A stretch of DNA of 64,000 bases from Auanema rhodensis (taxonomy: Eukaryota; Animalia; Nematoda). The stretch lies in NCBI GenBank assembly GCA_964057225.1, contig OZ059899.1, forward strand, positions 18,600,001 to 18,664,000. The letters are read 5' to 3'. Shown here in pieces: positions 27,901 to 43,000 of this stretch. Each line of letters begins with the position of its first letter. Positions within the stretch are counted from its first letter, which is position 1. The notes beneath the pieces are model-generated. The model made no database searches, was not told where the DNA came from, and was given only the letters and a program-made list of their open reading frames with translations. Position numbers and translations under genes: made by a program.

Positions 27901-30900
27901 CATTTTTAAGCTAGCGCAAATCTGATAACACAGATCGACGCAGCTTAAAAATCCGCATCGAATGCACTATACAACATTGAGAAACGCTTAATACAAATAT
28001 TAGTTATGATCGTTTGAAAAATGATGCATTAGTGTATGTTGAGTTTCCATGTACACTCAACATTGCTTTCAAAAACATTTTGACAAAAATTTTTCCGAAA
28101 AATTTCAAAATAATTTTGCAAAAAGTAGATGTTTTTAGATTCCTTTTTTCAAGGCAAAGACGATGGACAATGTTATTCAACGAAAAAATTAATTCTGCAG
28201 GGTGAAAATCGAGGATATAAGTGTGAACTTATATCAGTTGATATCTCGGTGCATTTTTAAGCTAGCGCAAATCTGATAACACAGATCGACGCAGCTTAAA
28301 AATCCGCATCGAATGCACTATACAACATTGAGAAACGCTTAATACAAAAATTAGTTATGATCGTTTGAAAAATGATGCATTAGTGTATGTTGAGTTTCCA
28401 TGTACACTCAACATTGCTTCCAAAAACATTTTTACAAAAATTTTTCCGGAAAATTTCGAAACAATTTCGCAAAAAGTAGATGTTTTTAGATTCCTTTTTT
28501 CAAGGCAAAGACGATGGACAATGTTATTCAACAAAAAAATTAATTCTCCAGGGTGAAAATCGAGGATGTAAGTGTGAACTTATATCAGTTGATATCTCGG
28601 TGCATTTTTAAGCTAGCGCAAATCTGATAACACAGATCGACGCAGCTTAAAATTCCGCATCGAATGCACTATACAACATTGAGAAACGCTTAATACAAAA
28701 ATTAGTTATGATCGTTTGAAAAATGATGCATTAGTGTATGTTGAGTTTCCATGTACACTCAACATTGCTTCCAAAAACATTTTTACAAAAATTTTTCCGG
28801 AAAATTTCGAAACAATTTCGCAAAAAGTAGATGTTTTTAGATTCCTTTTTTCAAGGCAAAGACGATGGACAATGTTATTCAACGAAAAAATTAATTCTGC
28901 AGGGTGAAAATCGAGGATATAAGTGTGAACTTATATCAGTTGATATCTCGGTGCATTTTTAAGCTAGCGCAAATCTGATAACACAGATCGACGCAGCTTA
29001 AAAATCCGCATCGAATGCACTATACTACATTGAAAAACGCTTAATACAAAAATTAGTTATGATCGTTTGAAAAAAGATGCATTAGTGTATGTTGAGTTTC
29101 CATGTATACTCAACATTGCTTCCAAAAACATTTTGACAAAAATTTTTCCGAAAAATTTCAAAATAATTTCGCAAAAAGGAGATGTTTTTAGATTCCTTTT
29201 TTCAAGGCAAAGACGATGGACAAAGTTATTCAACGAAAAAATTAATTCTGCAGGGTGAAAATCGAGGATATAAGTGTGAACTTATATCAGTTGATATCTC
29301 GGTGCATTTTTAAGCTAGCGCAAATCTGATAACACAGATCGACGCAGCTTAAAAATCCGCATCGAATGCACTATACAACAGTGAGAAACGCTTAATACAA
29401 AAATTAGTTATGATCGTTTGAAAAATGATGCATTAGTGTATGTTGAGTTTCCATGTACACTCAACATTGCTTCCAAAAACATTTTGACAAAAATTTTTCC
29501 GAAAAATTTCAAAATAATTTTGCAAAAAGTAGATGTTTTTAGATTCCTTTTTTCAAGGCAAAGACGATGGACAATGTTATTCAACGAAAAAATTAATTCT
29601 CCAGGGTGAAAATCGAGGATGTAATTGTGAACTTATATCAGTTGATATCTCGGTGCATTTTTAAGCTAGCGCAAATCTGATAACACAGATCGACGCAGCT
29701 TAAAAATCCGCATCGAATGCACTATACAACATTGAGAAATGCTTAATACAAAAATTAGTTATGATCGTTTGAAAAATGATGCATTAGTGTATGTTGAGTT
29801 TCCATGTACACTCAACATTGCTTCCAAAAACATTTTGACAAAAATTTTTCCGAAAAATTTCAAAATAATTTTGCAAAAAGTAGATGTTTTTAGATTCCTT
29901 TTTTCAAGGCAAAGACGATGGACAATGTTATTCAACAAAAAAATTAATTCTCCAGGGTGAAAATCGAGGATGTAAGTGTGAACTTATATCAGTTGATATC
30001 TCGGTGCATTTTTAAGCTAGCGCAAATCTGATAACACAGATCGACGCAGCTTAAAATTCCGCATCGAATGCACTATACAACATTGAGAAACGCTTAATAC
30101 AAAAATTAGTTATGATCGTTTGAAAAATGATGCATTAGTGTATGTTGAGTTTCCATGTACACTCAACATTGCTTCCAAAAACATTTTTACAAAAATTTTT
30201 CCGGAAAATTTCGAAACAATTTCGCAAAAAGTAGATGTTTTTAGATTCCTTTTTTCAAGGCAAAGACGATGGACAATGTTATTCAACGAAAAAATTAATT
30301 CTGCAGGGTGAAAATCGAGGATATAAGTGTGAACTTATATCAGTTGATATCTCGGTGCATTTTTAAGCTAGCGCAAATCTGATAACACAGATCGACGCAG
30401 CTTAAAAATCCGCATCGAATGCACTATACTACATTGAAAAACGCTTAATACAAAAATTAGTTATGATCGTTTGAAAAAAGATGCATTAGTGTATGTTGAG
30501 TTTCCATGTATACTCAACATTGCTTCCAAAAACATTTTGACAAAAATTTTTCCGAAAAATTTCAAAATAATTTCGCAAAAAGGAGATGTTTTTAGATTCC
30601 TTTTTTCAAGGCAAAGACGATGGACAAAGTTATTCAACGAAAAAATTAATTCTGCAGGGTGAAAATCGAGGATATAAGTGTGAACTTATATCAGTTGATA
30701 TCTCGGTGCATTTTTAAGCTAGCGCAAATCTGATAACACAGATCGACGCAGCTTAAAAATCCGCATCGAATGCACTATACAACAGTGAGAAACGCTTAAT
30801 ACAAAAATTAGTTATGATCGTTTGAAAAATGATGCATTAGTGTATGTTGAGTTTCCATGTACACTCAACATTGCTTCCAAAAACATTTTGACAAAAATTT

Positions 30901-31020
30901 TTCCGAAAAATTTCAAAATAATTTTGCAAAAAGTAGATGTTTTTAGATTCCTTTTTTCAAGGCAAAGACGATGGACAATGTTATTCAACGAAAAAATTAA
31001 TTCTGCAGGGTGAAAATCGA
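12921..31020 (+). repeat. Subfamily domain A (right part): 5-mer HOR (1755 bp) with 4-mer and 6-mer derivatives
   Basis: The same five monomer types in the same order occur at 15027-16781, 22398-24152, 25908-27662 and 28014-29768. Confidence 0.85.
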
Positions 31021-34000
31021 GGATATAAGTGTGAACTTATATCAGTTGATATCTCGGTGCATTTTTAAGGTAGCGCAAATCTGATAACACAGATCGACGC
31101 AGCTTAGAAATCCGCATCGAATGCACTATACTACATTGAGAAACGCTTAATACAAAAATTAGTTATGATCGTTTGAAAAATGATGCATTAGTGTATGTTG
31201 AGTTTCCATGTACACTCAACATTGCTTCCAAAAACATTTTTACAAAAATTTTTCCGGAAAATTTCGAAACAATTTCGCAAAAAGTAGATGTTTTTAGATT
31301 CCTTTTTTCAAGGCAAAGACGATGGACAATGTTATTCAACGAAAAAATTAATTCTGCAGGGTGAAAATCGAGGATATAAGTGTGAACTTATATCAGTTGA
31401 TATCTCGGTGCATTTTTAAGCTAGCGCAAATCTGATAACACAGATCGACGCAGCTTAAAAAGCCGCATCGAATGCACTATACAACATTGAGAAACGCTTA
31501 ATACAAAAATTAGTTATGATCGTTTGAAAAATGATGCATTAGTGTATGTTGAGTTTCCATGTACACTCAACATTGCTTCCAAAAACATTTTGACAAAAAT
31601 TTTTCCGAAAAATTTCAAAATAATTTTGCAAAAAGTAGATGTTTTTAGATTCCTTTTTTCAAGGCAAAGACGATGGACAATGTTATTCAACGAAAAAATT
31701 AATTCTCCAGGGTGAAAATTGAGGATGTAATTGTGAACTTATATCAGTTGATATCTCGGTGCATTTTTAAGCTAGCGCAAATCTGATAACACAGATCGAC
31801 GCAGCTTAAAAATCCGCATCGAATGCACTATACAACATTGAGAAACGCTTAATACAAAAATTAGTTATGATCGTTTGAAAAATGATGCATTAGTGTATGT
31901 TGAGTTTCCATGTACACTCAACATTGCTTCCAAAAACATTTTTACAAAAATTTTTCCGGAAAATTTCGAAACAATTTCGCAAAAAGTAGATGTTTTTAGA
32001 TTCCTTTTTTCAAGGCAAAGACGATGGACAATGTTATTCAACGAAAAAATTAATTCTGCAGGGTGAAAATCGAGGATATAAGTGTGAACTTATATCAGTT
32101 GATATCTCGGTGCATTTTTAAGCTAGCGCAAATCTGATAACACAGATCGACGCAGCTTAAAAATCCGCATCGAATGCACTATACAACATTGAGAAACGCT
32201 TAATACAAAAATTAGTTATGATTGTTTGAAAAATGATGCATTAGTGTATGTTGAGTTTCCATGTACACTCAACATTGCTTCCAAAAACATTTTTACAAAA
32301 ATTTTTCCGAAAAATTTCGAAACAATTTCGCAAAAAGTAGATGTTTTTAGATTCCTTTTTTCAAGGCAAAGACGATGGACATTGTTATTCAACGAAAAAA
32401 TTAATTCTGCAGGGTGAAAATCGAGGATATAAGTGTGAACTTATATCAGTTGATATCTCGGTGCATTTTTAAGGTAGCGCAAATCTGATAACACAGATCG
32501 ACGCAGCTTAGAAATCCGCATCGAATGCACTATACTACATTGAGAAACGCTTAATACAAAAATTAGTTATGATCGTTTGAAAAATGATGCATTAGTGTAT
32601 GTTGAGTTTCCATGTACACTCAACATTGCTTCCAAAAACATTTTTACAAAAATTTTTCCGGAAAATTTCGAAACAATTTCGCAAAAAGTAGATGTTTTTA
32701 GATTCCTTTTTTCAAGGCAAAGACGATGGACAATGTTATTCAACGAAAAAATTAATTCTGCAGGGTGAAAATCGAGGATATAAGTGTGAACTTATATCAG
32801 TTGATATCTCGGTGCATTTTTAAGCTAGCGCAAATCTGATAACACAGATCGACGCAGCTTAAAAAGCCGCATCGAATGCACTATACAACATTGAGAAACG
32901 CTTAATACAAAAATTAGTTATGATCGTTTGAAAAATGATGCATTAGTGTATGTTGAGTTTCCATGTACACTCAACATTGCTTCCAAAAACATTTTTACAA
33001 AAATTTTTCCGGAAAATTTCGAAACAATTTCGCAAAAAGTAGATGTTTTTAGATTCCTTTTTTCAAGGCAAAGACGATGGACAATGTTATTCAACGAAAA
33101 AATTAATTCTGCAGGGTGAAAATCGAGGATATAAGTGTGAACTTATATCAGTTGATATCTCGGTGCATTTTTAAGCTAGCGCAAATCTGATAACACAGAT
33201 CGACGCAGCTTAAAAAGCCGCATCGAATGCACTATACAACATTGAGAAACGCTTAATACAAAAATTAGTTATGATCGTTTGAAAAATGATGCATTAGTGT
33301 ATGTTGAGTTTCCATGTACACTCAACATTGCTTCCAAAAACATTTTTACAAAAATTTTTCCGAAAAATTTCGAAACAATTTCGCAAAAAGTGGATGTTTT
33401 TAGATTCCTTTTTTCAAGGCAAAGACGATGGACATTGTTATTCAACGAAAAAATTAATTCTGCAGGGTGAAAATCGAGGATATAAGTGTGAACTTATATC
33501 AGTTGATATCTCGGTGCATTTTTAAGGTAGCGCAAATCTGATAACACAGATCGACGCAGCTTAGAAATCCGCATCGAATGCACTATACTACATTGAGAAA
33601 CGCTTAATACAAAAATTAGTTATGATCGTTTGAAAAAAGATGCATTAGTGTAAGTTGAGTTTCCATGTACACTCAACATTGCTTCCAAAAACATTTTTAC
33701 AAAAATTTTTCCGAAAAATTTCGAAATAATTTCGCAGAAAGTAGATGTTTTTAAATTCCTTTTTTCAAGGCAAAGACGATGGACATTGTTATTCAACGAA
33801 AAAATTAATTCTGCAGGGTGAAAATCGAGGATATAAGTGTGAACTTATATTAGTTGATATCTCGGTGCATTTTTAAGGTAGCGCAAATCTGATAACACAG
33901 ATCGACGCAGCTTAGAAATCCGCATCGAATGCACTATACTACATTGAGAAACGCTTAATACAAAAATTAGTTATGATCGTTTGAAAAAAGATGCATTAGT

Positions 34001-37000
34001 GTAAGTTGAGTTTCCATGTACACTCAACATTGCTTCCAAAAACATTTTTACAAAAATTTTTCCGAAAAATTTCGAAATAATTTCGCAGAAAGTAGATGTT
34101 TTTAAATTCCTTTTTTCAAGGCAAAGACGATGGACATTGTTATTCAACGAAAAAATTAATTCTGCAGGGTGAAAATCGAGGATATAAGTGTGAACTTATA
34201 TTAGTTGATATCTCGGTGCATTTTTAAGCTAGCGCAAATCTGATAACACAGATCGACGCAGCTTAAAAATCCGCATCGAATGCACTATACTACATTGAGA
34301 AACGCTTAATACAAAAATTAGTTATGATCGTTTGAAAAATGATGCATTAGTGTATGTTGAGTTTCCATGTACACTCAACATTGCTTCCAAAAACATTTTG
34401 ACAAAAATTTTTCCGAAAAATTTCAAAATAATTTTGCAAAAAGTAGATGTTTTTAGATTCCTTTTTTCAAGGCAAAGACGATGGACAAAGTTATTCAACG
34501 AAAAAATTAATTCTGCAGGGTGAAAATCGAGGATATAAGTGCGAACTTATATCAGTTGATATCTCGGTGCATTTTTAAGCTAGCGCAAATCTGATAACAC
34601 AGATCGACGCAGCTTAAAAATCCGCATCGAATGCACTATACAACATTGAGAAACGCTTAATACAAAAATTAGTTAAGATCGTTTGAAAAAAGATGCATTA
34701 GTGTATGTTGAGTTTCCATGTACACTCAACATTGCTTCCAAAAACATTTTTACAAAAATTTTTCCGAAAAATTTCGAAATAATTTCGCAGAAAGTAGATG
34801 TTTTTAAATTCCGTTTTTCAAGGCAAAGACGATACACAATGTTATTCAACAAAAAAATTAATTCTGCAGGGTGAAAATCGAGGATATAAGTGTGAACTTA
34901 TATCAGTTGATATCTCGGTGCATTTTTAAGCTAGCGCAAATCTGATAACACAGATCGACGCAGCTTAAAAAGCCGCATCGAATGCACTATACAACATTGA
35001 GAAACGCTTAATACAAAAATTAGTTATGATCGTTTGAAAAATGATGCATTAGTGTATGTTGAGTTTCCATGTACACTCAACATTGCTTCCAAAAACATTT
35101 TTACAAAAATTTTTCCGAAAAATTTCGAAACAATTTCGCAAAAAGTAGATGTTTTTAGATTCCTTTTTTCAAGGCAAAGACGATGGACATTGTTATTCAA
35201 CGAAAAAATTAATTCTGCAGGGTGAAAATCGAGGATATAAGTGTGAACTTATATCAGTTGATATCTCGGTGCATTTTTAAGGTAGCGCAAATCTGATAAC
35301 ACAGATCGACGCAGCTTAGAAATCCGCATCGAATGCACTATACTACATTGAGAAACGCTTAATACAAAAATTAGTTATGATCGTTTGAAAAAAGATGCAT
35401 TAGTGTAAGTTGAGTTTCCATGTACACTCAACATTGCTTCCAAAAACATTTTTACAAAAATTTTTCCGAAAAATTTCGAAATAATTTCGCAGAAAGTAGA
35501 TGTTTTTAAATTCCTTTTTTTAAGGCAAAGACGATGGACATTGTTATTCAACGAAAAAATTAATTCTGCAGGGTGAAAATCGAGGATATAAGTGTGAACT
35601 TATATTAGTTGATATCTCGGTGCATTTTTAAGCTAGCGCAAATCTGATAACACAGATCGACGCAGCTTAAAAATCCGCATCGAATGCACTATACTACATT
35701 GAGAAACGCTTAATACAAAAATTAGTTATGATCGTTTGAAAAATGATGCATTAGTGTATGTTGAGTTTCCATGTACACTCAACATTGCTTCCAAAAACAT
35801 TTTGACAAAAATTTTTCCGAAAAATTTCAAAATAATTTTGCAAAAAGTAGATGTTTTTAGATTCCTTTTTTCAAGGCAAAGACGATGGACAAAGTTATTC
35901 AACGAAAAAATTAATTCTGCAGGGTGAAAATCGAGGATATAAGTGCGAACTTATATCAGTTGATATCTCGGTGCATTTTTAAGCTAGCGCAAATCTGATA
36001 ACACAGATCGACGCAGCTTAAAAATCCGCATCGAATGCACTATACAACATTGAGAAACGCTTAATACAAAAATTAGTTAAGATCGTTTGAAAAAAGATGC
36101 ATTAGTGTATGTTGAGTTTCCATGTACACTCAACATTGCTTCCAAAAACATTTTGACAAAAATTTTTCCAAAAAATTTCAAAATAATTTCGCAAAAAGTA
36201 AATGTTTTTAGATTCCGTTTTTCAAGGCAAAGACGATACACAATGTTATTCAACAAAAAAATTAATTCTGCAGAATGAAAATCGAGGATATAAGTGTGAA
36301 CTTATATCAGTTGATATCTCGGTGCATTTTTAAGCTAGCGCAAATCTGATAACACAGATCGACGCAGCTTAAAAATCCGCATCGAATGCACTATACAACA
36401 TTGAGAAACGCTTAATACAAAAATTAGTTATGATCGTTTGAAAAATGATGCATTAGTGTATGTTGAGTTTCCATGTACACTCAACATTGCTTCCAAAAAC
36501 ATTTTGACAAAAATTTTTCCGAAAAATTTCAAAATAATTTTGCAAAAAGTAGATGTTTTTAGATTCCTTTTTTCAAGGCAAAGACGATGGACAATGTTAT
36601 TCAACGAAAAAATTAATTCTCCAGGGTGAAAATCGAGGATGTAAGTGTGAACTTATATCAGTTGATATCTCGGTGCATTTTTAAGCTAGCGCAAATCTGA
36701 TAACACAGATCGACGCAGCTTAAAAAGCCGCATCGAATGCACTATACAACATTGAGAAACGCTTAATACAAAAATTAGTTATGATCGTTTGAAAAATGAT
36801 GCATTAGTGTATGTTGAGTTTCCATGTACACTCAACATTGCTTCCAAAAACATTTTTACAAAAATTTTTCCGAAAAATTTCGAAACAATTTCGCAAAAAG
36901 TAGATGTTTTTAGATTCCTTTTTTCAAGGCAAAGACGATGGACATTGTTATTCAACGAAAAAATTAATTCTGCAGGGTGAAAATCGAGGATATAAGTGTG

Positions 37001-40000
37001 AACTTATATCAGTTGATATCTCGGTGCATTTTTAAGGTAGCGCAAATCTGATAACACAGATCGACGCAGCTTAGAAATCCGCATCGAATGCACTATACTA
37101 CATTGAGAAACGCTTAATACAAAAATTAGTTATGATCGTTTGAAAAAAGATGCATTAGTGTAAGTTGAGTTTCCATGTACACTCAACATTGCTTCCAAAA
37201 ACATTTTTACAAAAATTTTTCCGAAAAATTTCGAAATAATTTCGCAGAAAGTAGATGTTTTTAAATTCCTTTTTTCAAGGCAAAGACGATGGACATTGTT
37301 ATTCAACGAAAAAATTAATTCTGCAGGGTGAAAATCGAGGATATAAGTGTGAACTTATATTAGTTGATATCTCGGTGCATTTTTAAGCTAGCGCAAATCT
37401 GATAACACAGATCGACGCAGCTTAAAAATCCGCATCGAATGCACTATACTACATTGAGAAACGCTTAATACAAAAATTAGTTATGATCGTTTGAAAAATG
37501 ATGCATTAGTGTATGTTGAGTTTCCATGTACACTCAACATTGCTTCCAAAAACATTTTGACAAAAATTTTTCCGAAAAATTTCAAAATAATTTTGCAAAA
37601 AGTAGATGTTTTTAGATTCCTTTTTTCAAGGCAAAGACGATGGACAAAGTTATTCAACGAAAAAATTAATTCTGCAGGGTGAAAATCGAGGATATAAGTG
37701 CGAACTTATATCAGTTGATATCTCGGTGCATTTTTAAGCTAGCGCAAATCTGATAACACAGATCGACGCAGCTTAAAAATCCGCATCGAATGCACTATAC
37801 AACATTGAGAAACGCTTAATACAAAAATTAGTTAAGATCGTTTGAAAAAAGATGCATTAGTGTATGTTGAGTTTCCATGTACACTCAACATTGCTTCCAA
37901 AAACATTTTGACAAAAATTTTTCCAAAAAATTTCAAAATAATTTCGCAAAAAGTAAATGTTTTTAGATTCCGTTTTTCAAGGCAAAGACGATACACAATG
38001 TTATTCAACAAAAAAATTAATTCTGCAGAATGAAAATCGAGGATATAAGTGTGAACTTATATCAGTTGATATCTCGGTGCATTTTTAAGCTAGCGCAAAT
38101 CTGATAACACAGATCGACGCAGCTTAAAAATCCGCATCGAATGCACTATACAACATTGAGAAACGCTTAATACAAAAATTAGTTATGATCGTTTGAAAAA
38201 TGATGCATTAGTGTATGTTGAGTTTCCATGTACACTCAACATTGCTTCCAAAAACATTTTGACAAAAATTTTTCCGAAAAATTTCAAAATAATTTTGCAA
38301 AAAGTAGATGTTTTTAGATTCCTTTTTTCAAGGCAAAGACGATGGACAATGTTATTCAACGAAAAAATTAATTCTCCAGGGTGAAAATCGAGGATGTAAG
38401 TGTGAACTTATATCAGTTGATATCTCGGTGCATTTTTAAGCTAGCGCAAATCTGATAACACAGATCGACGCAGCTTAAAAATCCGCATCGAATGCACTAT
38501 ACAACATTGAGAAACGCTTAATACAAAAATTAGTTATGATCGTTTGAAAAATGATGCATTAGTGTATGTTGAGTTTCCATGTACACTCAACATTGCTTCC
38601 AAAAACATTTTTACAAAAATTTTTCCGGAAAATTTCGAAACAATTTCGCAAAAAGTAGATGTTTTTAGATTCCTTTTTTCAAGGCAAAGAAGATGGACAA
38701 TGTTATTCAACGAAAAAATTAATTCTGCAGGGTGAAAATCGAGGATATAAGTGTGAACTTATATCAGTTGATATCTCGGTGCATTTTTAAGGTAGCGCAA
38801 ATCTGATAACACAGATCGACGCAGCTTAGAAATCCGCATCGAATGCACTATACTACATTGAGAAACGCTTAATACAAAAATTAGTTATGATCGTTTGAAA
38901 AAAGATGCATTAGTGTAAGTTGAGTTTCCATGTACACTCAACATTGCTTCCAAAAACATTTTTACAAAAATTTTTCCGAAAAATTTCGAAATAATTTCGC
39001 AGAAAGTAGATGTTTTCAAATTCCTTTTTTTAAGGCAAAGACGATGGACATTGTTATTCAACGAAAAAATTAATTCTGCAGGGTGAAAATCGAGGATATA
39101 AGTGTGAACTTATATTAGTTGATATCTCGGTGCATTTTTAAGCTAGCGCAAATCTGATAACACAGATCGACGCAGCTTAAAAATCCGCATCGAATGCACT
39201 ATACTACATTGAGAAACGCTTAATACAAAAATTAGTTATGATCGTTTGAAAAATGATGCATTAGTGTATGTTGAGTTTCCATGTACACTCAACATTGCTT
39301 CCAAAAACATTTTGACAAAAATTTTTCCGAAAAATTTCAAAATAATTTTGCAAAAAGTAGATGTTTTTAGATTCCTTTTTTCAAGGCAAAGACGATGGAC
39401 AATGTTATTCAACGAAAAAATTAATTCTCCAGGGTGAAAATCGAGGATGTAAGTGTGAACTTATATCAGTTGATATCTCGGTGCATTTTTAAGCTAGCGC
39501 AAATCTGATAAAACAGATCAACGCAGCTTAAAAATCCGCATCGAATGCACTATACAACATTGAGAAACGCTTAATACAAAAATTAGTTATGATCGTTTGA
39601 AAAATGATGCATTAGTGTATGTTGAGTTTCCATGTACACTCAACATTGCTTCCAAAAACATTTTTACAAAAATTTTTCCGGAAAATTTCGAAACAATTTC
39701 GCAAAAAGTAGATGTTTTTAGATTCCTTTTTTCAAGGCAAAGAAGATGGACAATGTTATTCAACGAAAAAATTAATTCTGCAGGGTGAAAATCGAGGATA
39801 TAAGTGTGAACTTATATCAGTTGATATCTCGGTGCATTTTTAAGCTAGCGCAAATCTGATAACACAGATCGACGCAGCTTAAAAAGCCGCATCGAATGCA
39901 CTAAACAACATTGAGAAACGCTTAATACAAAAATTAGTTATGATCGTTTGAAAAATGATGCATTAGTGTATGTTGAGTTTCCATGTACACTCAACATTGC

Positions 40001-43000
40001 TTCCAAAAACATTTTGACAAAAATTTTTCCGAAAAATTTCAAAATAATTTTGCAAAAAGTAGATGTTTTTAGATTCCTTTTTTCAAGGCAAAGACGATGG
40101 ACAATGTTATTCAACGAAAAAATTAATTCTCCAGGGTGAAAATCGAGGATATAAGTGTGAACTTATATCAGTTGATATCTCGGTGCATTTTTAAGGTAGC
40201 GCAAATCTGATAACACAGATCGACGCAGCTTAGAAATCCGCATCGAATGCACTATACTACATTGAGAAACGCTTAATACAAAAATTAGTTATGATCGTTT
40301 GAAAAAAGATGCATTAGTGTAAGTTGAGTTTCCATGTACACTCAACATTGCTTCCAAAAACATTTTTACAAAAATTTTTCCGAAAAATTTCAAAATAATT
40401 TCGCAGAAAGTAGATGTTTTTAAATTCCTTTTTTCAAGGCAAAGACGATGGACATTGTTATTCAACGAAAAAATTAATTCTGCAGGGTGAAAATCGAGGA
40501 TATAAGTGTGAACTTATATTAGTTGATATCTCGGTGCATTTTTAAGCTAGCGCAAATCTGATAACACAGATCGACGCAGCTTAAAAATCCGCATCGAATG
40601 CACTATACTACATTGAGAAACGCTTAATACAAAAATTAGTTATGATCGTTTGAAAAATGATGCATTAGTGTATGTTGAGTTTCCATGTACACTCAACATT
40701 GCTTCCAAAAACATTTTGACAAAAATTTTTCCGAAAAATTTCAAAATAATTTTGCAAAAAGTAGATGTTCTTAGATTCCTTTTTTCAAGGCAAAGACGAT
40801 GGACAATGTTATTCAACGAAAAAATTAATTCTCCAGGGTGAAAATCGAGGATGTAAGTGTGAACTTATATCAGTTGATATCTCGGTGCATTTTTAAGCTA
40901 GCGCAAATCTGATAACACAGATCGACGCAGCTTAAAAATCCGCATCGAATGCACTATACAACATTGAGAAACGCTTAATACAAAAATTAGTTATGATCGT
41001 TTGAAAAATGATGCATTAGTGTATGTTGAGTTTCCATGTACACTCAACATTGCTTCCAAAAACATTTTTACAAAAATTTTTCCGGAAAATTTCGAAACAA
41101 TTTCGCAAAAAGTAGATGTTTTTAGATTCCTTTTTTCAAGGCAAAGAAGATGGACAATGTTATTCAACGAAAAAATTAATTCTGCAGGGTGAAAATCGAG
41201 GATATAAGTGTGAACTTATATCAGTTGATATCTCGGTGCATTTTTAAGCTAGCGCAAATCTGATAACACAGATCGACGCAGCTTAAAAAGCCGCATCGAA
41301 TGCACTAAACAACATCGAGAAACGCTTAATACAAAAATTAGTTATGATCGTTTGAAAAATGATGCATTAGTGTATGTTGAGTTTCCATGTACACTCAACA
41401 TTGCTTCCAAAAACATTTTGACAAAAATTTTTCCGAAAAATTTCAAAATAATTTTGCAAAAAGTAGATGTTTTTAGATTCCTTTTTTCAAGGCAAAGACG
41501 ATGGACAATGTTATTCAACGAAAAAATTAATTCTCCAGGGTGAAAATCGAGGATATAAGTGTGAACTTATATCAGTTGATATCTCGGTGCATTTTTAAGG
41601 TAGCGCAAATCTGATAACACAGATCGACGCAGCTTAGAAATCCGCATCGAATGCACTATACTACATTGAGAAACGCTTAATACAAAAATTAGTTATGATC
41701 GTTTGAAAAAAGATGCATTAGTGTAAGTTGAGTTTCCATGTACACTCAACATTGCTTCCAAAAACATTTTTACAAAAATTTTTCCGAAAAATTTCGAAAT
41801 AATTTCGCAGAAAGTAGATGTTTTTAAATTCCTTTTTTCAAGGCAAAGACGATGGACATTGTTATTCAACGAAAAAATTAATTCTGCAGGGTGAAAATCG
41901 AGGATATAAGTGTGAACTTATATTAGTTGATATCTCGGTGCATTTTTAAGCTAGCGCAAATCTGATAACACAGATCGACGCAGCTTAAAAATCCGCATCG
42001 AATGCACTATACTACATTGAGAAACGCTTAATAAAAAATTAGTTATGATCGTTTGAAAAATGATGCATTAGTGTATGTTGAGTTTCCATGTACACTCAAC
42101 ATTGCTTCCAAAAACATTTTTACAAAAATTTTTCCGGAAAATTTCGAAACAATTTCGCAAAAAGTAGATGTTTTTAGATTCCTTTTTTCAAGGCAAAGAA
42201 GATGGACAATGTTATTCAACGAAAAAATTAATTCTGCAGGGTGAAAATCGAGGATATAAGTGTGAACTTATATCAGTTGATATCTCGGTGCATTTTTAAG
42301 CTAGCGCAAATCTGATAACACAGATCGACGCAGCTTAAAAAGCCGCATCGAATGCACTAAACAACATTGAGAAACGCTTAATACAAAAATTAGTTATGAT
42401 CGTTTGAAAAATGATGCATTAGTGTATGTTGAGTTTCCATGTACACTCAACATTGCTTCCAAAAACATTTTGACAAAAATTTTTCCGAAAAATTTCAAAA
42501 TAATTTTGCAAAAAGTAGATGTTTTTAGATTCCTTTTTTCAAGGCAAAGACGATGGACAATGTTATTCAACGAAAAAATTAATTCTCCAGGGTGAAAATC
42601 GAGGATATAAGTGTGAACTTATATCAGTTGATATCTCGGTGCATTTTTAAGGTAGCGCAAATCTGATAACACAGATCGACGCAGCTTAGAAATCCGCATC
42701 GAATGCACTATACTACATTGAGAAACGCTAAATACAAAAATTAGTTATGATCGTTTGAAAAATGATGCATTAGTGTATGTTGAGTTTCCATGTACACTCA
42801 ACATTGCTTCCAAAAACATTTTTACAAAAATTTTTCCGGAAAATTTCGAAACAATTTCGCAAAAAGTAGATGTTTTTAGATTCCTTTTTTCAAGGCAAAG
42901 ACGATGGACAATGTTATTCAACGAAAAAATTAATTCTCCAGGGTGAAAATCGAGGATGTAAGTGTGAACTTATATCAGTTGATATCTCGGTGCATTTTTA

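Noticed and set aside
24123-29960. 73-aa ATG-initiated ORF variants (24123, 24474, 27633, 29739) and the 74-aa ORF at 33301
   Set aside because: Each arises from a single substitution (ACG->ATG; TAG->TGG) propagated by local duplication, with no other sign of coding function.
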